From the NCBI RefSeq assembly GCF_009834535.1, contig NC_045697.1, forward strand, positions 45,758,001 through 45,822,000: a stretch of 64,000 nucleotides of DNA, given 5' to 3'. This DNA comes from Camelus ferus (taxonomy: Eukaryota). Positions within the stretch are counted from its first letter, which is position 1. The number at the start of each line of letters is the position of its first letter. This document shows positions 56,004-64,000 of the stretch, one piece after another. Below the pieces are notes generated by a model, which saw nothing but the letters and a program-made list of their open reading frames with translations, was not told the DNA's origin and did no database searches. A program made the translations under genes and the position numbers.

Positions 56004-57099
56004 TGTCCAAGGAAATAGGAAAAATCAAAGTGGATAAAAGATACCACAATTTCTGAAGGCTCAACTGGGGGAGAATCCACTTCCAAGCTCACTCTAATCA
56101 CTTCTGGCAGGATAAATTACTTCACAGTCTGTGGGACTGTGGGTCTCACTTGTTTGCTAGCTGTTGAAGTACATTTCCATAAATGATAGCTGTTTCTCTG
56201 GTTCCCCTTTTTCTGCTTCACTGTTCCACTTACAAGTAGTATTTATAAGGATCCTCAATATTTGTTGAGATGGCATACATTGGAGAACAGTGAAGGGAAA
56301 GGTGGGGAGTTCAGCTAATGAAGAGGATCTGTAAAGTAGATACCGTGGAACTCGGGGAGGAAGTCTGAGTTGGAAGGCATAACTGTGGTAAGATTTCTGT
56401 GAAAGAGTGTGTGTCAAGAAGCTAAGTTAATAAAGTCCTACAAGAAGGAAAAGTTTGATTAAAAGTGACAAACATTGATAAAGATCAGTGAGAGTGGAGG
56501 TGAAAAATACTTCTGTATCTAAAATCTTTTTTTCTTCTTTTTTTTTTGTTTTTGCTCACATTTTGTTATGAATTGGACACTTAAAAATTATTCCATTTCA
56601 TAACGAAGTATGAGAAATATTGCCCTATGAAGTTAGGCAATGGGACCAGAGTCACACACAGGCCTATCACAGGGGCAGCAGCTGCCTCTGGCATTTAATT
56701 CTTCCAAATAGATTGCAAAATCTATTCAAGGAGCAGAAGTTGGAATTCTCTAAACATTCTGCTCATCTGAATTAGTCTTCATAGAACACTTAGACAAATA
56801 CTTATTATTGTCTCCTTCAACCCAATTACCAATTGATCTGTAACCCCATGTGGATATAGGAAGAAAAAAATATGATAATAGTATGAAAACCCAAAATACG
56901 AAAATAAATCAATGGAGTTGTTTTTTTTTTTTTTTTTTTCATAAAAAGAACCATAAAATGGAATTGTTAAGTCTGGTTTCTGGTGCTGGACATGTTATTG
57001 AAAGACGATATTGAGTGATTCAAAGAGTCTCTAGACCTGTTTGCTCTTCAGTTTTTAATTAAAAATGGTATACTTATTATCATCAATGAAACAGAGAAA

Positions 57100-57450
57100 A
57101 GAGCTATAAAAATAAAGCTATTAATCCTTCCATAACTCTTTCATTCTCACCCCCACAAAGGCAATTAGTGCTAATAGCTTATTATGTATCCTTTTGCATT
57201 GTGTTTTCATATTAATAACATGACATACAAAAATACACATAAGACACATGCTTTATTTTCATAAAAATCCAGGATCATAATAACTATATTACTCTGTAAC
57301 TGACTCTTCTCACCTGACAAAGATATATTGGAAATCCCTCCAGTCCAGTAGCTGTAGAGCTAAATTAAATTTACTTTCTAGTAACTACATAGAATCTCCC
57401 AGTGTGGCTGTACCATAACACATTCAACTACATCCCTATTGATGAACATT
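57100..57450 (-). mobile_element. L1ME-like relic
   Basis: ggatcataataactatattactctgtaac...gtgtggctgtaccataac...ccctattgatgaacatt. Confidence 0.55.
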
Positions 57451-57659
57451 GGAGGAACTAAAACTTTACATTAGAATCTGAATGATGCAAAAGTCAATAT
57501 TTCATACAGATAATAAAGTATCCTATACTGCTTAATGCTGTATCTTTCAAAAAAGCAATTACACTGTAACTTGAAATTATTTTTTTTCTTTTAAATCTAT
57601 TATAATAATATTTTTCTGATTATTGATGAGAATTACAAAAAAACTCATTCTCAGCTAAT

Positions 57660-58480
57660 TTTCTTGATTTTTATTTTTCTGCAGCAAAGGGGAACTGAAG
57701 CAGCAAGAACAGAACTTCCATATATTCCCCCAATCAAATCTATCAATTCTTGCATCTGGACCCAAAAAGACTCTGCCTCCCCCTTATCTTATAGGTTGAA
57801 TTATCCATCTTCCTATCCAAGAGCCCAACTCTCCAACTTGTATGCTGGATACCACTGCCTCTCACCTACTCAAAGATATTACTCTAGAGGCCTTCCCTTT
57901 ACTTTATCTTTACTTTTCCTTCTCTAGTGGATTTCTCCATTGATAAACAAATGTCCTATAATTTCATCTGCTTTAAAACAGTCGAGCCAAGGACTCTGTG
58001 ACCCCTTTTTTCTCTCTAGCCACTGGTCTATTTCTATACTTTCCATTACGGCAGAGTCTTCTAATAATTAGTGTAAATACTAGAGTCTTCTATACTCATT
58101 CCCTCGTCTTTTTTTCTCTTGGTCCCACTACACTCAGGCTTCTATACTCACCCTACTCTTCAAAGCACTTCTTACCAAAGTCACTGACAAATTCCATCTT
58201 GCCAAATCTAATGGGTCATTTGTTTGTCTTCCTCTTAATCTGCCAGCAGCATCTGGCCCGGTAGATCACTTTCTCCTTTAAACAATTCCTTTATTTCTAC
58301 ACCAGTTTAGCATCTCCTTGGATTTTCCTCCTATTTCATTCAAGTGTTCTTTGCTCTTTTTTTTAACCACTAAAATGTAACCTCCATGAAGGGCGGGTTT
58401 TTGTTTCTGTCTTTTTTATTAGCTACATAATATACCAGCACTAAAAGTACAGTCCAGCATGTGGACCACGTAGTAGACTT
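57660..58480 (+). mobile_element. L2 relic
   Basis: caaagtcactgacaaattccatcttgccaaatctaatgggtc...cagcagcatctggcc...taaaatgtaacctccatgaagggc. Confidence 0.65.
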
Positions 58481-60464
58481 ACAGTATGCTTGCAAAACTA
58501 TTGACTTTACACTGAATTATCAAGGTAGATACTGGTAATTTTGGCACAGTAAACTCCAAGAGTTCCTATTAATTTGTAAAATGCCTAAACAGAATTAATT
58601 ATACTCTCTCATGACCCAACTTTTCTCCTGACTTTCCTAGTCAATTAATAATGCCATCATTCATCTCCCTGGACAATTAGATTATTCAGAGCAGTACTTA
58701 AATCCAAATTTAGTCAGCTGCCAAGTCCTATAAGGTTTTATATTTACTGTATCCCTTCCAACTGGATTCCTTGGCTTCTATCCTTCCATAGTTCAAATTA
58801 TTCTTCATACTGTTAAGAGATTAATCTCTTATAAACTGAAGATTGAGAATGACAATTTGCAATTTATAAATTTTTAACTTCCTAAAAGCAACAGATTAAA
58901 TACAAACTCCTCAGACTGGACTTTAAGACCCTACTAAATGCAGAATCATGCCCCTCCATTAGCTTCATTTAGTTATCCCTAAATATCCATGAAACAGAAC
59001 CATCTCTTTTTCCCAAAGTAGGTACCTGTCATTAATTATACAGGTTCCTCTCTCCCCTGAATGACCCCTTCATTAAGTACTTGCCTAACTGTACTTTGCT
59101 TGGTTTCAGCTTAAACTGATTCTCCCCATCCCATTTGCTTATCTCATATGATACTTTTTCCCGTTCAGCTCAATAATACATGAGCTGTGTATACATGTCC
59201 CCCACTGTGTGACCATATCATGGCATGCTCTGTTAGGTCATAGTCATATGATGTTCTCTGTACTCTTTCTTGTTACAGTTATTGGTACTTTTATAAGAAA
59301 TGCAAGCTGTAGTACATTTCTTATTCATGATTAAATTCTGTATAGCACCTAGCAAAATACCTTGTACAGAGTATACAATTAATTTTAAAAGTAATTAAAC
59401 TAAGGTGATAAATAGGGCAAAATGGTGTGCAATCTCCTGATAACTACCATTGCGATATTGGATTTAAAAGAGAAACTGTTGATGTAACTAAATATGCTGT
59501 GATCAATATATTAACTTTACAGAAATTACTTTTTAGTTATAGACATGATAATGTTATGTCTGCATAGATATCAAGATTTAGTTTCAAAAATATGCTTTGT
59601 TCAAAAAAGAACAAGTCTTGCAAAACAGTACTCTGTATAATAAAAATTCTTCAAATTCATGCAATTCATCTGACATCATATTTAGCAGATATTAAAATTT
59701 TCTATCTATAGTGACAAAATTACCCAGTAAATTTAATTAATGGACATAGCATATTTATTTACATATCACATTGAAACTTGCATGAAAGTATAAAATATTT
59801 TCATCTGGATTTTGCAGAGCAAAGTAATTGATGTGATTCTCTAATGATAAACTGCAGAGGTTGTCACTTTCTATACACAGGGGGCCACTAATTAATCTTG
59901 AGTAACCCTCTGAGACACAGAATATAAGCAGTGTGCCCAGAGGAGGAAAATAATAATTAACCAGAAAATAGACACAGAGGAAAAACAGACTACATTTCAA
60001 CAAATACAGTGAGTATTACAGGTGATATCCAGTGTCACTACTGGAGTTCACCTTAGGGGGAATTATAAAATTCCCAAGACTAATCCTGAAACATGATTAC
60101 ACGTGTATCCTAACACTCTATGGAGGAAAATATATGAAGACAAGTTTGGAGCTGCTGCTTAACTAAACACTGGCAATGGAAATACTCTGAGTATTACTCT
60201 GTTTTCATAGGCTAGTAAGTATTATGCTCTGAACTTGAGACAGGGTTACTTTGCCCAAGGGATGTAAACCTGAACAAAACAGGTGGCTAATTAAGAGGAA
60301 AAAAGGGTCAAACTCGTAGTGCAGGCAGGCAATGCTAGGGGCCAAAATGACTTCGTCCCCAGTCCACTGTTCCTGCTCTCATCTCCTGCCAGCCCTGGTA
60401 CACCCAACAGATACGCCTCTGGTATTCTACCAGGTCTAAGGACTTCACATTTCCCCAGCTGCTG

Positions 60465-60943
60465 CAGAGCTGGATTGGGCTCATGGGCATACCTCCCAGC
60501 ACCCACACAGCATCCTGGACTCAGAAGGGACCTGCACTTGGTTTAATTATTTTTTATTGTGGCAAAATAGACATAAATTAAAATTGACCATTTTCATCAT
60601 TTTTAAGTGCAGTCCAGTGGCATTAAGTACACTTACCATTGTGCAACTATCACCACCATCTATCACCAGAACTTTCTCATCATCCCAAACTGAAACTCCA
60701 TACCCCTTTAAGAAGTAACTTCCCCTCCCCCCATCCCTGTGACCACTAGTCTACTTTTTGTCTCTTTGAATTGGACTATTCTAGGTACCTCATATAAACA
60801 GAATCATACAATATTTGTCTTTTTGCCCATACTTGGTTTAATGCTTCACTGTCTCTGCCTTGAAATTCTTGATAATTTTAGAACAAGAGGCCCTCCATGT
60901 TCATTTTGCACTGGTACCCTCACAGATTATGTAGCTAGTCCTG
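60465..60943 (+). mobile_element. MER91A-like hAT-Tip100 MITE, split by an L1 insertion
   Basis: Left arm ctcatgggc...cagaagggacctgcacttggtttaat. Right arm gcttcactgtc...cttgaaattcttgataattt...cattttgcactgg...attatgtagctagtcctg. Confidence 0.75.
60548..60830 (-). mobile_element. L1MB-like 3' end inserted in the MITE, with 12-bp TSD
   Basis: T-rich tail, then ttgtggcaaaata...cagtggcattaagtaca...tgtgcaactatcaccaccatct...ctaggtacctcatataa. Exact TSD acttggtttaat at 60536-60547 and 60831-60842. Confidence 0.88.
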
Positions 60944-61192
60944 TTGTGAATAACTGTAATTCCCTACCTATGTCTTTTCTACACCAGAAACACCTCCACG
61001 TCCTTCTGAGTTCTACTCAACTTCATCTCTTCTATGAGATGAAGAACAGATGCTGTGACCCACCACACTCACTAGTGTATTCTGCTCACTGATGGCACTC
61101 TTCACACTGCATTGTGATCCTTTCTTCTAAAATCTGTCTTCCCTGCTAAGGGGAATGTCTGTGTCTTACTTCTCCTTGTATGCTCCATGCCT

Positions 61193-61577
61193 GGTGTAGC
61201 TCCTGAAATGTGCCCGCCACAAAATGCACGTGTCAAAGCCCTAATCCCCAGTGTGATAATATTTGGAGATGGGACCCTTGGGAGGTTATCAAGTTTAGAT
61301 GAATTCATGGGAGAGGGGGGAGGGCGCCCATGATGGGATTAGTGTCCTTACGAGAAAAGAAACCAAAGATCTTGCTCTTCTTCATTCTGCCACGTGAAGA
61401 CACACTGAAAAAGTGGCCCCCAAGTCAGGAAGAGAGCCTTCACCAGAAACTGACCATGCCAGCCCCCTTTCCTCAGACTTCCAGTCTCCAGGAAAAAAAT
61501 GTGAGAAAATAAATTTCCACGATGCAAGCCTCTAGTCTGTGATGTTTTGTTAGTGGCAACCCGAGCAGTTTGGGACA
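61193..61577 (+). mobile_element. MaLR solo LTR (MLT1A-like)
   Basis: ccctaatccccagtgtgataatatttggagatggg...catgatgggattagtgtcctta...gacttccagtctcca...gtgagaaaataaatttc...tgttttgttagtggcaacccgagc...aca. Confidence 0.85.
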
Positions 61578-61784
61578 GTCCCACACAAAATAAGTGCTCT
61601 AATACGTCTACCCGGTACAAGGACGGCTGCACGCCCCAACAGGGGATCACTCCTGGCATTGTCACCAGACTCTAAACTGAGTAAGAACTGAGGGAGAAAC
61701 AATAGAACACTGGGAAATGTTGGCAGCTTTGGTGGTCCAGAAACTCTAGTCAGGGACTTGATCTAGGCACTGAAACTGTGAACT

Positions 61785-61846
61785 GTAACTGTGTGTCTAT
61801 ATTCTTTTTTTTTTTTTTTTTTTTGGTAACTGTGTGTCTATATTCT
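61785..61846 (-). mobile_element. Poly(A)-only retrotransposition scar with perfect 21-bp TSD
   Basis: gtaactgtgtgtctatattct (61785-61805) + T19 G + gtaactgtgtgtctatattct (61826-61846). Confidence 0.85.
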
Positions 61847-61869
61847 CAGGAAAGTCTAAACCAAGTCTT

Positions 61870-62810
61870 AGACTCCGTGTTTTAGACATCTGATAGGTTT
61901 CTCCAAGTGTTTCTGATTCTGTAAGTCTCTAGCTCCTTTTCTTTGGAACAAGAAATAAGAATAAGGCTTATTTGTATCTTTCATATCAACTCTGTGTTCT
62001 CATCTGAGCACCTATGACTATTCGTAAGAAGGATGGCTAAATAGGCTTCAAAGCTTACAGTGTCACAAGCACACATATCAATACAGTGCACAGTAATATT
62101 TGCATGTGAAGGAAATGTCCTCAAATTGGAGCTCTTTGGCATAACTTAACTCCTTGCCACACCTCAACAAGTAAACTGAATAAAATTTCTCCAAGCAGAG
62201 AATTGGAGTGGAACTGTGCAAAGAGTCTAGGACAGAAGGGTTGGAGTCATTTGTTTCCAGTTCACCAGCCATGCTCTTACTCGTTGTGTAACTCTGGAAG
62301 TTTCCTCATGAGTCAACACAAGAGGATTTGGCGAGATGAATCTCCCTGAACTCCGAACACTACCAAAGTCACCAGTTTCCCTCCCATCTAAATGCTGGGT
62401 GCAAGTAGAAATTTAAAAAGAGAATTGCCTTTTTTGCTAGGAATTAACCATGATATTATAAATAAAATATTTTAAGAGAGTCAATCATATGTGACAAAAG
62501 AAACACTGTACTGACTCTTTAGCAGTGGCTTCTCCAGTGAAGACAGGGAAATAAGGCACCATGACCTTCGGTTGAACTGTTGCTTGGACGTGTTGTCTTT
62601 TAAAGGACGTGATAGAAATTATAGATGTCTGCTAATCACTGTCTGCCATGCTTCTAGGTCATCTAATAGGCTTGTTCTAGTGTTTCTGTTAGCTCCTTTT
62701 CTACGGAATGAGACTGCCATACTTGTTTATATCTTTCATGTCAACCTTATGTTCTCATTTGGGGACCTGTGACAAGTAAACGAGCCTGGCTAGGTGAACA
62801 GCTTTACATA
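61870..62810 (+). repeat. Diverged direct repeat pair (~61870-62060 and ~62645-62810)
   Basis: catctgatagg..agtgtttctg..tagctccttttct..ggaa..tatctttcatatcaac..tgttctcatctg..acctatgac is echoed by catctaatagg..agtgtttctgttagctccttttct..ggaa..tatctttcatgtcaac..tgttctcatttg..acctgtgac. Confidence 0.75.
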
Positions 62811-63462
62811 AAATGAAATGCTATAGTGCTGGGAATTCCTCTTTAATTTTAACTTTAAACTCAATCTTTCGGTTGCATGACTGACCACCTTATTATTACC
62901 TGTACTGAAAAAGGTCCCATCAATACTGAATGTCTTAGGTCCACAGACCAAAGACAAATGCTGCCATTGTGCAGCACTGTGTAACCTGTCAAGGAAATGC
63001 ACAGGCATTGACAACCACTTCTTTCCGAAGTAAGGGGGTTTCACAGGAATGAAAATGCATGTCTATCACTTCTCCTTTTTACTGTACATCGTATTATATC
63101 TATTATACCTTGATGACAATGACTTTTTTCTCATTTTCCCTCTTTTTGTTGGAATACAATCTAGAGAATATTATCCATATCTTTTTTATAGCCCTTCCAT
63201 ACTAACATTTTATCTTCATTAAGCATAATACAATGGGTCTTACATTCTTGATCTCTAAAAAAATGAACAAAAGTAATTTATGACAGACCCAGTCTTTATA
63301 GCATCCACAGATGGACATAATCTTTATTTTTGACTGAAGTTTCAGAGTAGAGTTTCAAACTATTTTATTTTTTGATAGGCATGTCAAACAACACATTTGT
63401 TTAAAAAAAAACTTATATTTTTTCTCTTTTCTAGAATACACTCATACTTTAGTTCTCTATAG

Positions 63463-63665
63463 CAGGGGTTGGTGAACTTTTTCTGTCATGGGCCGGACAG
63501 TATGTACTTTCTATTTTGGGTGTCACACGGTCTGTGTTATAATTAGCTAACTTTGCCATAAACAATGTGTAAATGAATGAGCACAGATGTGCTCCAATAA
63601 AGTTTTATTTACAAAACAAACAGCAGGCTGGATTTGGCCCACAGGCTATAGTTTGCTGACTCCTG
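63463..63665 (+). mobile_element. MER58A hAT-Charlie MITE
   Basis: Both TIRs present (caggggttggtgaact ... agtttgctgactcctg). Interior ccaataaagttttatttacaaaac...ggctggatttggccc. Confidence 0.85.
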
Positions 63666-63689
63666 CTCTGTCTTATTCTAGAAAGTGTT

Positions 63690-63920
63690 GTGCAAATCAC
63701 AAACATAGGATGCCAAGATACTTTGATTTAGAATGAGCTTTTCCATCAATTATGTCACTTTGGGCATGTCTCTTAGCCCATGTGGGCTTCCTCATTTGTA
63801 ACGTGAACATGTGTCATCTAGGTGAATGTTATCAAACCCTAACACTTCAGCAGTCACCTGAGGATCCCCTTCACTTGTGAACAAATGCTAGAAAGTTAAT
63901 GATAAAACCTGTGAACAGCT
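63690..63920 (+). mobile_element. MIR SINE relic
   Basis: tgtcactttgggcatgtctctta...ttcctcatttgtaa. Confidence 0.5.
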
Positions 63921-64000
63921 TTTTTTTTTTAATCTTAAAGTATCTTTTTTTTTGCAAAATATTTTAATTTTTGATGGCTCTCCTTTGAAAAGTAAACTTT

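Noticed and set aside
638..63044. ORF-track entries (60-139 aa) as genes
   Set aside because: All are short and many begin at TTG or GTG. Their composition resembles translated AT-rich non-coding DNA or decayed repeats, and I recognise no protein apart from L1 remnants.
1..64000. CRISPR arrays, operons, tRNA/rRNA genes or other prokaryotic systems
   Set aside because: The sequence is clearly mammalian, and I found no regularly spaced repeats or structural RNA genes.

Overview
AT-rich, CpG-depleted placental-mammal DNA that looks intronic or intergenic. No long ORF is present. The ORF-track entries are short and appear to be chance ORFs or decayed repeat sequence. The window is dominated by interspersed repeats: two multi-kb L1 fragments (about 11.8-14.8 kb and 39.1-40.6 kb), several short L1 3' ends, many MIR and L2 relics, MaLR (MLT1) LTRs, hAT MITEs (MER58, MER5, MER91A-like) and CR1/L3 fossils. 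The younger L1 3' ends look cetartiodactyl. I saw no Alu, B1/B2, Bov-tA/BovB, PRE1 or Can-SINE, so a camelid is plausible (inference). The long L1s and the LTRs lie mostly on +, and the best splice-site pairs lie on -, which suggests a large intron of a minus-strand gene I cannot name. The most notable items are: (1) a ~340-bp bipartite element made of an L1 5' end fused to an L1 3' end, with a TSD; (2) a candidate 15-nt microexon (LKPPE) with an SRRM4-type UGC motif; (3) a very young poly(A)-only insertion with a perfect 21-bp TSD; (4) a CpG-retaining, RUNX/FOX/E-box-rich putative enhancer; (5) an inverted L1-tail pair; (6) an old local duplication. Repeat family names come from recalled consensus sequences, not a database search, and most repeat boundaries are approximate.
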